From Longimicrobium sp. (GTDB taxonomy: Bacteria > Gemmatimonadota > Gemmatimonadetes > Longimicrobiales > Longimicrobiaceae), in the NCBI GenBank assembly GCA_036388335.1, contig DASVSA010000606.1:1-49375 (forward strand): DNA of 49,375 nt, in the 5' to 3' direction. A program made the position numbers and the translations under genes. A model generated the notes under the pieces. The model did no database searches. It was not told where the DNA came from and was given only the letters and a program-made list of their open reading frames with translations. Below, in pieces: positions 17,222 through 26,650 of the stretch; position 1 is the stretch's first letter, and the number at the start of each line of letters is the position of its first letter.

Positions 17222-18610
17222 ATGACTGCCGCCAACCCGCTCCACACGAAGTTCGACGAACGCACGGCCGTGGTAGGCGTGATCGGCCTCGGCTACGTGG
17301 GACTCCCGCTCGCGGTGGAGACCGCCCGCAGCGGATACCGCACCCTCGGCTTCGACGTCGCCGACGCGGCGGTGCAGGGGATCAACGCCGGGCGAAGCCA
17401 CATCCAGGACGTCTCGTCCGACATGCTCGCCGCCTTCGTGGGCGAGGGCCTCCTCTCCGCCACTACCGACATGGGCCGGCTGGGCGAGTGCGACGCGGTG
17501 TCGATCTGCGTCCCCACCCCGCTCAGCAAGACCAAGGACCCGGACCTGTCGTACGTCGTCTCCGCCGCTCACGCGGTGGCGGCCACGCTGCGGCCGGGGC
17601 AGCTGGTGATCCTGGAGTCCACCACCTACCCGGGCACCACGCGCGAAGTGGTGCTCCCCATCCTGGAAGAGGGCGGGCTGGTGGCGGGCGAGGACTTCTT
17701 CCTCTGCTTCTCGCCCGAGCGCGTGGACCCGGGCAACCCGCACTGGCACACGCGCAACACGCCCAAGGTGCTGGGCGGCGTCACGCGCGCCTGCCTGGAT
17801 GCGGGAACGGCGCTGTACGGGCGCGTGTTCGACACCATGGTGCCGGTGGAGAGCGCCGAGGCGGCGGAGCTGGTGAAGGTGTACGAGAACACCTTCCGCA
17901 TGATCAACATCGCCCTGGCCAACGAGCTGGCGCAGGCGTGCGACAAGCTGGGGGTGGACGTGTGGGAGGTGATCGAGGCGGCGGCCACCAAGCCGTTCGG
18001 CTTCATGAAGTTCACCCCGGGCCCGGGCCTGGGCGGCCACTGCATCCCGCTGGACCCGCACTACCTGTCGTGGAAGATGAGGACGCTGCAGTACAAGACG
18101 CGCATGATCGAGCTGGCCAGCGAGATCAACGCGGAGATGCCGGAGTACGTCGTCCGCAAGGTGGCCGACGCGCTGAACGGCGCGCGCAAGTCCGTGAACG
18201 GCAGCCGCGTGCTGGTGATGGGCGTGGCGTACAAAAAGGACATCGACGACCTGCGCGAGAGCCCGGCGCTGGACATCATCGGGCTGCTGCAGGGGCGCGG
18301 CGCCGAGGTGACGTACCATGACCCGTTCTGCCCCTCCATCCAGGACGACGGGCACACGGCGCTGCGCGGCCTGCCCATGCACAGCGTGGAGCTCACGCCC
18401 GAGCTGCTGGAGGCCACCGACGCCGTGGTGCTGGTGACGGACCACACCGGGGTGAACTACTCCGTGGTGGCCGAGCACGCGCCGCTGGTGGTGGACACGC
18501 GCGGGGCCATGCGCGCCGTATCCGGCCGCGCCACCGTGGTGGGCCTCTCGGGCCCCGTGTCCAACAACGGCGCGGCCATGCCGCGCCTCTCCATGGCGCA
18601 GGCGCACTAG
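17222..18610 (+). CDS. Nucleotide-sugar dehydrogenase (UDP-N-acetyl-hexosamine 6-dehydrogenase, WbpA/WecC-like)
   Basis: GLGYVGLPLA, ICVPTPL, ESTTYPGTT, SPERVDPGN, ENTFR..NI, GGHCIP.DP, AYKKDIDD.RESP. Confidence 0.92.
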   Translation: MTAANPLHTKFDERTAVVGVIGLGYVGLPLAVETARSGYRTLGFDVADAAVQGINAGRSHIQDVSSDMLAAFVGEGLLSATTDMGRLGECDAVSICVPTPLSKTKDPDLSYVVSAAHAVAATLRPGQLVILESTTYPGTTREVVLPILEEGGLVAGEDFFLCFSPERVDPGNPHWHTRNTPKVLGGVTRACLDAGTALYGRVFDTMVPVESAEAAELVKVYENTFRMINIALANELAQACDKLGVDVWEVIEAAATKPFGFMKFTPGPGLGGHCIPLDPHYLSWKMRTLQYKTRMIELASEINAEMPEYVVRKVADALNGARKSVNGSRVLVMGVAYKKDIDDLRESPALDIIGLLQGRGAEVTYHDPFCPSIQDDGHTALRGLPMHSVELTPELLEATDAVVLVTDHTGVNYSVVAEHAPLVVDTRGAMRAVSGRATVVGLSGPVSNNGAAMPRLSMAQAH

Positions 18611-19003
18611 GAGCGGCTCCAGCCATCCGCTGGCGGGGGCGAAGTGACTGCTGGGCGCCGGAGAACGTCATGCTGGAGCCCGGCAGTCCTGTTGATGCAC
18701 CGGGGAAGCCGTTGCCGGTGAACGAGTTGGTCCGGCACCCGGCGGTGGGGCGGCGCGGCACCCGCCGGCGCGTGGCGGGTTGCCCCCGGCGGCGGGGCGG
18801 GCTAGTTTTCGCGGCTTGGCAGCGAGCGGGCGCGGGTCGCCCACAAGTTCATTCATCTGTTCGGGGCTAATTAACTTCAGCATGAGCTCGATCGATCCAG
18901 TGGGCGAGAACCACGGGCCCGCGCAGCGGTGCCGCCGCGCGCCGGCGAGCGCGCGCCGGGCGGTTCGCCGTAGCGCCAGGCCAGCCTCCGGGACGGTCCG
19001 CGC

Positions 19004-20065
19004 ATGAGCCGCATACTCGTCACGGGGGCGGCGGGTTTCATCGGGTCCCACGTGGCGCAGCGCCTGGTGGCCCGCGGCGACGAAGTGGTCGGCCTCGACA
19101 ATCTCAACGCGTATTACGACGTCCGCCTGAAGGAAGCTCGCCTGGAGCGCCTGGCGCCGCTGGACGGGTTCCGCTTCGTGCGCGGGGACATCGCGGACCG
19201 CGATGCCGTGGCGGAGCTTTTCGCGGAGGAGCGGTTCGACCGGGTGGTCAACCTGGCCGCGCAGGCCGGGGTGAGGTACTCGCTCACCCATCCGCACGCG
19301 TACCTGGAGAGCAACATCACGGGGTTCCTGAACATCCTCGAAGGGTGCAGGCACCACGAGGTGGAGCACCTGGTGTACGCGTCGTCGTCGTCCGTGTACG
19401 GCGCCAACACGGCCATGCCGTTCTCGGTGCACGACACGGTGGACCACCCGGTGAGCCTCTACGCCGCCACCAAGAAGGCCAACGAGCTGATGGCGCACAC
19501 GTACAGCCACCTGTACGGGGTGCCCACCACCGGGCTGCGCTTCTTCACCGTGTACGGGCCGTGGGGCCGGCCGGACATGGCGATGTTCCTGTTCGCCAAG
19601 GCCATCCTCGAGGGGCGCCCCATCGACGTGTTCAACCACGGCCGCATGCAGCGCGACTTCACCTACATCGACGACATCGTCGAGGGGGTGATCCGCGTGA
19701 CCGACCGCCCGGCGCCGCGCAACCCGGAGTGGAACGGCGCGGAGCCGGACCCCGGCACCAGCAGCGCGCCCTACCGGGTGTACAACATCGGGAACAACAA
19801 CCCGGTGGAGCTGATGGAGGTCATCGGCCTCATCGAGCGCCACCTGGGCCGCGAGGCCGAGAAGCGCATGCTGGATCTGCAGCCCGGCGACGTCCCCGCC
19901 ACGTACGCGGACGTCTCGGACCTGCAGCGGGACACCGGCTTCGCGCCGGCGACCCCCATCGAGGTGGGGGTGAAGCGCTTCGTGGAGTGGTACCTGGACT
20001 TCTACGGCCCCGAGAGCAACCGCGACGGCGCGCTCCCGGGCACCCATGCCCGTGCCAGAGCATAG
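19004..20065 (+). CDS. UDP-glucuronate 4-epimerase-like NAD-dependent epimerase
   Basis: [67 protein letters not shown]. Confidence 0.9.
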   Translation: MSRILVTGAAGFIGSHVAQRLVARGDEVVGLDNLNAYYDVRLKEARLERLAPLDGFRFVRGDIADRDAVAELFAEERFDRVVNLAAQAGVRYSLTHPHAYLESNITGFLNILEGCRHHEVEHLVYASSSSVYGANTAMPFSVHDTVDHPVSLYAATKKANELMAHTYSHLYGVPTTGLRFFTVYGPWGRPDMAMFLFAKAILEGRPIDVFNHGRMQRDFTYIDDIVEGVIRVTDRPAPRNPEWNGAEPDPGTSSAPYRVYNIGNNNPVELMEVIGLIERHLGREAEKRMLDLQPGDVPATYADVSDLQRDTGFAPATPIEVGVKRFVEWYLDFYGPESNRDGALPGTHARARA

Positions 20066-21353
20066 CCCGGTGCCCGCCGTTCGGGGTGGCGTGGCGGTGG
20101 TGGGCGGCGGCCTGGTGGGGCTGGGGACGGCGTACGCGCTCCTGCAGCGCGCGCCGGGGAGCCGCGTGCTCGTGTTGGAGAAGGAAGAGCGGCCCGGCAT
20201 GCACCAGAGCACCCACAACAGCGGGGTGCTGCATGCCGGGCTGTATTACAAGCCGGGCTCCGGCAAGGCGCGCCTGGCGGTGGCCGGCATCCGGCGGATG
20301 ACGGAGTTCTGCCGCGCCCACGGCGTTGCCCACGAGATCTGCGGCAAGCTGGTGGTGGCCACCGACGACTCGGAGGTGCCGCGGCTGCGTACGCTGCTGG
20401 AGCGCGGAACCCAGAACGGCCTGCGCGGGCTGCGCTGGCTGGGCGCCGAGGCCGCCCACGAGATCGAGCCGCACGTGCGCTGCGTGGCCGCCGTGCACGT
20501 GCCCGAGGAAGGGATCGCGGACTACGCGGGCGTGGTGCGCGCGCTGGCGGCCGAGGTGGAGCGGCTGGGCGGCACCATCGTCACCGGCGCGGCCGTCACG
20601 GCGCTGCGCAGGGAGGGCGACGGGTGGCGGATCGTGACCACGGCGGGCGAGCACCAGGCGGGGTTCCTGGTGAACTGCGCGGGGCTCTACTCCGACCGCA
20701 TCGCGGCCATGGCCGGCGAGGCCCCGCCCTGCCGCATCGTGCCGTTCCGCGGCGAGTACTTCACGCTGCGGCCCGAGCGGGCGCACCTCGTCAACCACCT
20801 GATCTACCCGGTTCCCGACCCGTCCTTCCCGTTCCTGGGCGTTCACTTCACGCGCATGGTGGGCGGCGGCATCGAGGCGGGCCCCAACGCGGTGCTGGCG
20901 CTGGCGCGTGAAGGGTACACCAAGGGGCGCATCGACGTGCGAGACGTGGGGAGCGCCCTCGCGTATCCCGGGCTCTGGCGCTTCGTGGGCCGGCACTGGC
21001 GCACCACCGCCGCCGAGCTGCGCCGGTCGTTCAGCCGCGCCCTCTTCACCCGGGCGCTGCAGCGCCTGGTGCCCGACGTGCGCCAGGCGGACCTGGTGCC
21101 GGGCGGCGCCGGGGTGCGCGCGCAGGCGATGCTCCCCAACGGGCAGCTCGTGGACGACTTCCTCTTCGTGGAGGGAGCGCGCGCGCTTCACGTGCTCAAC
21201 GCGCCGAGCCCCGCGGCCACCGCTTCCCTCGCCATCGGCGAGGAAGTCGCGAGCCGCGTCGCTTCACACGCCGCCGGAACGGCACGCCCCATGGGCGCCG
21301 CCGGCTCGGCCGCGTCCTACGTCCCTGATACGGAGATCACTGGCTCAGCATGA
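20046..21353 (+). CDS. lhgO: L-2-hydroxyglutarate oxidase (FAD-dependent)
   Basis: [80 protein letters not shown]. Confidence 0.92.
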   Translation: MPVPEHSPVPAVRGGVAVVGGGLVGLGTAYALLQRAPGSRVLVLEKEERPGMHQSTHNSGVLHAGLYYKPGSGKARLAVAGIRRMTEFCRAHGVAHEICGKLVVATDDSEVPRLRTLLERGTQNGLRGLRWLGAEAAHEIEPHVRCVAAVHVPEEGIADYAGVVRALAAEVERLGGTIVTGAAVTALRREGDGWRIVTTAGEHQAGFLVNCAGLYSDRIAAMAGEAPPCRIVPFRGEYFTLRPERAHLVNHLIYPVPDPSFPFLGVHFTRMVGGGIEAGPNAVLALAREGYTKGRIDVRDVGSALAYPGLWRFVGRHWRTTAAELRRSFSRALFTRALQRLVPDVRQADLVPGGAGVRAQAMLPNGQLVDDFLFVEGARALHVLNAPSPAATASLAIGEEVASRVASHAAGTARPMGAAGSAASYVPDTEITGSA

Positions 21354-22324
21354 CTTCTCTCGATTTCGCGCCCCGCCCGGCGAGCACGCCCCGGCGGGTG
21401 CTGGTCACCGGCGCCGCCGGATACATCGGCTCCGTGCTCTGCGAGCACCTGCTGGCCGCGGGGCACTCCGTGACGGGGGTGGACATGCTCACCTTCGGGG
21501 GCAACTCGCTCTTCCACCTGTGCGCCAACCCCCGGTTCTCCTTTCGCTACGGCGACTCGCGCAACGAGAAGCTGATGGCGGAGCTGGTGAGGGACGCTGA
21601 CGTCATCATCCCGCTGGCCGCCGTGGTGGGCGCGCCGGCCTGCGACCTGGACCCCATCCTCACCCGCACGCTCAACGAGGACGCGGTGAAGATGGTGAAC
21701 CGGCTGCGCAGCCCTTCGCAGCTCGTCATCTACCCCACCACCAACAGCGGCTACGGCGCTTCCACGGGCGAGGTGTACTGCACCGAGGAGACGCCGCTGG
21801 AGCCCATCTCGCTGTACGGCGAGACCAAGGTGGAGGCCGAGCGCGACGTGCTGGACTCGCCCAACGCCCTCACGCTGCGCCTGGCGACGGTGTTCGGGAT
21901 GTCGCCGCGGATGCGCATGGACCTGCTCGTCAACCACTTCACGTACGCCGCGGTGTCCGACGGGTACCTGGTGGTCTTCGAGAAGGACTTCAAGCGCAAC
22001 TACGTGCACGTGCGCGACGTGGCCGACTGCTTCCTTCACTGCATCGAGAACTCCGAGCAGATGGTGGGGCGCCCGTACAACCTGGGGCTGGACGAGGCCA
22101 ACCTCTCCAAGGAGGAGCTGGCGCTCAAGGTGAAGGAGCAGGTGCCCAGGTTCTACATCCACTTCGCGGCCATCGGCAGCGATCCGGACAAGCGCAACTA
22201 CATCGTCAGCAACCAGCGGCTGCGCGAGGCGGGCTTCGAGGCGCGGCGCACGCTGGACATGGGGATCGCTGAGCTGGTGAAGGGCTACCGGCTGCTGGGC
22301 CGCGGCCAGTACAAGAACGTCTGA
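21350..22324 (+). CDS. Extended SDR, Cj1427-like GDP-D-glycero-D-manno-heptose C4-dehydrogenase
   Basis: TGAAGYIGS, ADVIIPLAAVVGAP, YPTTNSGYG, PISLYGETK, RLATVFGMSPRMRMDLLVN and DPDKRNY match blocks of C. jejuni Cj1427 as I recall them. It lies next to GDP-heptose genes and has an ATGA overlap with lhgO. Confidence 0.8.
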   Translation: MTSLDFAPRPASTPRRVLVTGAAGYIGSVLCEHLLAAGHSVTGVDMLTFGGNSLFHLCANPRFSFRYGDSRNEKLMAELVRDADVIIPLAAVVGAPACDLDPILTRTLNEDAVKMVNRLRSPSQLVIYPTTNSGYGASTGEVYCTEETPLEPISLYGETKVEAERDVLDSPNALTLRLATVFGMSPRMRMDLLVNHFTYAAVSDGYLVVFEKDFKRNYVHVRDVADCFLHCIENSEQMVGRPYNLGLDEANLSKEELALKVKEQVPRFYIHFAAIGSDPDKRNYIVSNQRLREAGFEARRTLDMGIAELVKGYRLLGRGQYKNV

Positions 22325-22328
22325 CGTG

Positions 22329-23606
22329 ATGGACGGTCTCACGGCGTTCGTGCTGGCGGGCGGGCTGGGGACGCGGCTGCGCACGGTGGTGGCCGACCGC
22401 CCCAAGGTGCTCGCCCAGGTGGGCGGGCGCCCCTGGCTCTCGTACATCTTCGACCAGCTGGTGGACGCCGGGGTGCGGCGCGCGGTAGTGGGTACCGGCT
22501 ACCTGGGCGAGCAGGTGGAGGCGGAGTTCGGCCCCGCGTACGGCCCGATGGCGCTGGCCTACTCGCGCGAGCCGGAGCCGCTGGGGACGGCGGGAGCCGT
22601 GCGCTATGCCGCGCCGCACCTGGGCGACTGCACGGTGCTGGTGATGAACGGCGACTCGTACGTCGACGCGGACCTGGGCCGCTTCCTCCACTGGCACCGC
22701 GAGCGCGGGGCCGGCGCCTCGCTGCTCCTGGCCGCGGTGTCCGACGCCTCGCGCTACGGCACGGTGGAGACGGACCCGGACGGCCGCGTCACCGCCTTCT
22801 GGGAAAAGCGGGAGGGTGTCGCCGACGCGTGGATCAACGCGGGCGTGTACCTGGTGGAGAGGGCCGTGCGGGACTCGATCCCGGCCGAAGGGGCCGTGTC
22901 CATCGAGCGCGACGTCTTTCCCGGGCTCGTGGGCGGTGGACTGTACGGGTACCGCGCGGGCGGGCGGTTCATCGACATGGGGCTTCCCGAGAGCTTCGCC
23001 CGGGCGCAGCACTTCTTTCCCGTGGACCCCGCCGGCGCGGTGCTGCTGGACCGCGACGGCACCGTGATCGTGGAGCGGCACTACCTGGCCGACCCCGCGG
23101 GCGTGGAGCTGCTCCCCGGCGCCGCGGCGGGGCTGCGGCGCATGCGCGAGCTGGGGCTGAAGCTGGTGGTGGTGACCAACCAGTCCGGGATCGCGCGCGG
23201 CTACCTGGACGAGGCCACGCTGGGCGCCATCCACGCGCGCATGGAGTCGCTGCTCGCCGCCGAGGGCGTGACGCTGGACGGGATCTTCCACTGCCCCCAC
23301 CTGCCGGACGCGGGGTGCGGCTGCCGCAAGCCGCTCACGGGGATGGCGGAGCAGGGCGCGCGCGCCCTGGGCTTCAGCCTCTCTCGCGCGTTCATGGTCG
23401 GCGACAAGGCGTGCGACATCGACCTGGGGCGCCGGCTGGGGATGCCCGCCGTGCTGGTGACCACCGGCTACGGCGCGCGTGAGCGCGAGGCCGGGGTGGA
23501 GGCGGACGCGGTCGTGCCGGACCTGGCGGCGGCCGCCAAAGTCATCGAAGAGATGCTGCAGCCCCGCGCCCGCGGCACGGGCAGCGCTACACACACACCG
23601 TTCTGA
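22329..23606 (+). CDS. Fusion of HddC-like heptose-1-phosphate guanylyltransferase and GmhB-like heptose bisphosphate phosphatase
   Basis: N-terminal LAGGLGTRL...PK.L, EPLGTAGA, NGDSY, INAGVY, FIDMG.PE. C-terminal HAD domain LLDRDGT, VVTNQSGIARG, CPH...CGCRKP, MVGDK..D. Confidence 0.9.
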   Translation: MDGLTAFVLAGGLGTRLRTVVADRPKVLAQVGGRPWLSYIFDQLVDAGVRRAVVGTGYLGEQVEAEFGPAYGPMALAYSREPEPLGTAGAVRYAAPHLGDCTVLVMNGDSYVDADLGRFLHWHRERGAGASLLLAAVSDASRYGTVETDPDGRVTAFWEKREGVADAWINAGVYLVERAVRDSIPAEGAVSIERDVFPGLVGGGLYGYRAGGRFIDMGLPESFARAQHFFPVDPAGAVLLDRDGTVIVERHYLADPAGVELLPGAAAGLRRMRELGLKLVVVTNQSGIARGYLDEATLGAIHARMESLLAAEGVTLDGIFHCPHLPDAGCGCRKPLTGMAEQGARALGFSLSRAFMVGDKACDIDLGRRLGMPAVLVTTGYGAREREAGVEADAVVPDLAAAAKVIEEMLQPRARGTGSATHTPF

Positions 23607-23622
23607 CCGGGAGATCCGAGCA

Positions 23623-24213
23623 GTGCAGACTGAAGTGACGAGTCTAGTACGAGAGCACCTGTACCGTAGCGCCGAGGTGAAGCAGCGGACCGCGGAAGCG
23701 TGCGAGGACGCGATCCTGGAGGCGGCCGGGCTGGTTGCGGAGTGCTTCCGGGGGAACGGCCGGCTGCTGCTGTGCGGCAACGGCGGCAGCGCCGCGGACT
23801 GCCAGCACATCGCGGCGGAGTTCGTCAGCACCCTGACGCAGACCTTCCTCCGTCCCGCGCTCGGCGCCATCGCGCTGACGACGGATACCTCGTTCCTCAC
23901 GGCCAGCGCGAACGACTTCGGGTTCGAGAACATCTTCGCGCGGCAGGTGGAGGCGCTCGGCCGCCCCGGCGACGTGCTCCTCGGGATCTCCACGAGCGGG
24001 GGCTCGGCCAACGTGGTCCGCGCGCTGGCGAAGGCCCGCGAGCTGGGGCTGCGCACCGTCGCCCTCACCGGCGGGCGGGGCGGAGCGGTGGCGGATGCGG
24101 CCGACGTGGCCGTGAAGGTGCCCAGCGACTCCACGCAGCACATCCAGGAGACCCACATCGCGGTGGGCCACATCATCTGCGACCTGGTCGAGCGCTCGCT
24201 TTACAACCGATGA
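23623..24213 (+). CDS. gmhA: Sedoheptulose-7-phosphate isomerase
   Basis: CGNGGSAADCQHIAAEF, ANDFGF..IFARQVEALG, GISTSG.S.NV, IQETH. GTG start inferred. Confidence 0.93.
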   Translation: MQTEVTSLVREHLYRSAEVKQRTAEACEDAILEAAGLVAECFRGNGRLLLCGNGGSAADCQHIAAEFVSTLTQTFLRPALGAIALTTDTSFLTASANDFGFENIFARQVEALGRPGDVLLGISTSGGSANVVRALAKARELGLRTVALTGGRGGAVADAADVAVKVPSDSTQHIQETHIAVGHIICDLVERSLYNR

Positions 24214-25202
24214 TCATCTCGCGCGCGCCCGTCCGCATCAGCTTCTTCGGCGGCGGAACCGATTATCCCGAGTACTTCCTGAAAGAGGGTGGGGCCGTGC
24301 TGGCCACCGCCATCGACAAGTACTCGTACGTGACCGCCAGCCCCTTTCTGAGCGACCTGTTCGACTACGTGATCCGCCTCTCGTACCGCAAGGGCGAGCT
24401 GGTGAAGAGCGTGGATGAGATCGAGCACAACGTGTTCCGCGAGTGCCTGCGGGTCTGTGGCCTGGAGCGGGACGTGGAGCTTCACACGGTGGCGGACCTA
24501 CCCGCCTTCACGGGCCTCGGGTCATCGTCCACCTTCACCGTCTCGCTTCTCCACGCGCTTCACAGCTACAAGGGCGAGTTCGTGGCGCCGCTGGACCTGG
24601 CTTACGAGGCGATCCACGTGGAGCGCCAGATCCTGAAAGACAACGTCGGATGTCAGGATCAGGTCACGGCGGCGGTGGGCGGGTTCAACGTGATCGAGTT
24701 CCGGACGGAGGAGGACATCGCCGTCACCCGTGTCCCGATCGCCCCGGAGCGGATGCGCGAGTTCGAGCGGCACCTGTTCGTGGTGTTCACCGGGATCAAG
24801 CGGAGAGCCTCGGACGTCATCGCGGGGCAGCTCAAGCGCATCTCGGGGAACAACTCCACCCTGCTGCAGATGCGGCAGATGGTGGACCGCGGGTACGACA
24901 TCCTCACCGGCAGCGGTCCGCTCTCCGACTTCGGGGCACTGCTGCACGAGGCATGGCAGGCCAAGCGGAGCCTGGACGGCGGTGTGTCCAACGACGAGAT
25001 CGACGAGATGTACCGGACCGGGCTTGCCAGCGGTGCGCTGGGAGGGAAGCTCCTGGGCGCGGGCGGGGGCGGCTTCCTGCTGTTCTTCGCTCCCCCGGAG
25101 ACGCATGCCAGGCTCGCCGAGGTGTTCGCGGACCGGCAGATGCTCCCCGTGAGGATCAACGCGCCGGGTTCGCAGATCATCTTCGCTTCCGGAACGATTT
25201 GA
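24210..25202 (+). CDS. hddA: D-glycero-alpha-D-manno-heptose-7-phosphate kinase (GHMP kinase)
   Basis: MIISRAPVRISFFGGGTD, DLPAFTGLGSSS, G.QDQ..AA.GGFN, GGKLLGAGGGGFLLF. ATGA overlap with gmhA. Confidence 0.9.
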   Translation: MIISRAPVRISFFGGGTDYPEYFLKEGGAVLATAIDKYSYVTASPFLSDLFDYVIRLSYRKGELVKSVDEIEHNVFRECLRVCGLERDVELHTVADLPAFTGLGSSSTFTVSLLHALHSYKGEFVAPLDLAYEAIHVERQILKDNVGCQDQVTAAVGGFNVIEFRTEEDIAVTRVPIAPERMREFERHLFVVFTGIKRRASDVIAGQLKRISGNNSTLLQMRQMVDRGYDILTGSGPLSDFGALLHEAWQAKRSLDGGVSNDEIDEMYRTGLASGALGGKLLGAGGGGFLLFFAPPETHARLAEVFADRQMLPVRINAPGSQIIFASGTI

Positions 25203-25270
25203 CACGCGGACACCCCGCTCCCCTGTCCACCGGAGCGCGGGGCGAAACGCCGGGCCCTGGTGCGGTGCCG

Positions 25271-26542
25271 ATGTCTTCACGGATCCGCGGCGCCATAGCA
25301 CAGGTTCGCGGGTCCAAGTTCGCGCGGGATTCCGCGATGCTCGTCGCCTTCACGCTCCTGGGGAGGGCGATCGCGTTCGTGGGCTCGGCGTACGCGGCCC
25401 GGTCGCTGGGCCCGTACAAGCTGGGCGTGTCTGCCCTGGTGCTGGCGACGGTCGCGCAGGTGAACCTTGGCTACAACGGCGGCTTCGACACCATCGCCGT
25501 GCGCAAGATCACCACCGACCGCAGCTCGGCGGGCGACGTCACGGCCGCGGTCGTGGCCTTCCGGCTCGGAGCGGCTGTGCTCGCGTCGCTGGTCTGGGTG
25601 GTGCTGGTGCTCACCCTCCCCGGGATGCAGCATCGGTCCGCGTGGCTGATGGGCGCGCTGCTGGTGCTGCTCTCGTCGCTGGGCATCGGGTTCCTGTTCT
25701 CGGGGCTCGAGCGGCTCCCCGTGCAGACGGCGATCGGAACGGGCGGGGCGGTGCTGACCGCCGCCCTATACTTCCTGTACTTCCGCCCGGGGATGTACCT
25801 GGGCGCCGACCTCGTGGTAGGGGCCGGCGTGGCCCTGGTCACTACCGCCTTCTCGTGGATGGCGTGCCGCCGGCTGCTGGGCCACTGGCCGCTCCGGCGC
25901 GTCCGCCTCCAGCAGGTCCGCGCGCTCCTGGGCGAGGGATGGCGTTACTGGATCGCGGCGATCGTCGGGTACCTGTACAGCGCGTTCCAGCTCCCCCTGG
26001 TGGCCTACACCCTGGGGGCTCACGACGCGGGGCTGTTCCGCACGGCGGTCACCATGGCGGCGGCCGTGGAGCTGCTGTTCGCCAGCATCAACAGCCTGCT
26101 CGTGCCGCGTCTGATCGCGTGGAAGGCGATGGGCCTGGACGTGCTGCGCCGCAGGCAGACCATCCTGCTCGGCGTGTCGCTGGCCGTGGGGATACCGCCC
26201 GTGGCACTGCTGATCTTCGCGGCTCCGGCGATCTTCCGCACCATGCTCGGGGCGGAGTTCGCCGGCGCGATCCCGATCTTCCAGGTGCTGGTGCTGGGAC
26301 GGCTGATCGTCTTCTGCATGCAGATGTATCCCTTCAGCCTCGTTGCGCTGGGATTGGACACGAGCCTGCTGGCGGTGTCCATCACCTCCGCGGTGCTGAG
26401 CGTGTCCCTCACCATCCTGATGGCCGGGAAGTACGGGATCCTGGGGGTTTCGCTGGTCACGGTTCTCGTGGAGCTGTTCGTGGGCCTGGCCTGCTTCGTC
26501 CTGATGCGGGCGGCCATGGCACGCATGGACGGGCGCCGATGA
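25271..26542 (+). CDS. wzx: Wzx-type oligosaccharide flippase
   Basis: About 12 hydrophobic segments with MOP-family patterns YAARSLGP...G, LGAHDAGLF, LG.EFAGAIPIFQVL and KYGILG. Confidence 0.85.
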   Translation: MSSRIRGAIAQVRGSKFARDSAMLVAFTLLGRAIAFVGSAYAARSLGPYKLGVSALVLATVAQVNLGYNGGFDTIAVRKITTDRSSAGDVTAAVVAFRLGAAVLASLVWVVLVLTLPGMQHRSAWLMGALLVLLSSLGIGFLFSGLERLPVQTAIGTGGAVLTAALYFLYFRPGMYLGADLVVGAGVALVTTAFSWMACRRLLGHWPLRRVRLQQVRALLGEGWRYWIAAIVGYLYSAFQLPLVAYTLGAHDAGLFRTAVTMAAAVELLFASINSLLVPRLIAWKAMGLDVLRRRQTILLGVSLAVGIPPVALLIFAAPAIFRTMLGAEFAGAIPIFQVLVLGRLIVFCMQMYPFSLVALGLDTSLLAVSITSAVLSVSLTILMAGKYGILGVSLVTVLVELFVGLACFVLMRAAMARMDGRR

Positions 26543-26650
26543 CCGGGCACGTGGCAAACGAGTTTCCGAGCGGTCGCCGGGTAGCGGACCGCGCGGGTGA
26601 GACATACGCCGGCGTGGTGCGGTGGCGTGACTGAACCAGGAGGGAGACTG

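Noticed and set aside
18611-19003. Intergenic gap checked for an ops/JUMPStart element or riboswitch
   Set aside because: No GGCGGTAG match was seen, only generic GC hairpins and a short AT-rich patch.
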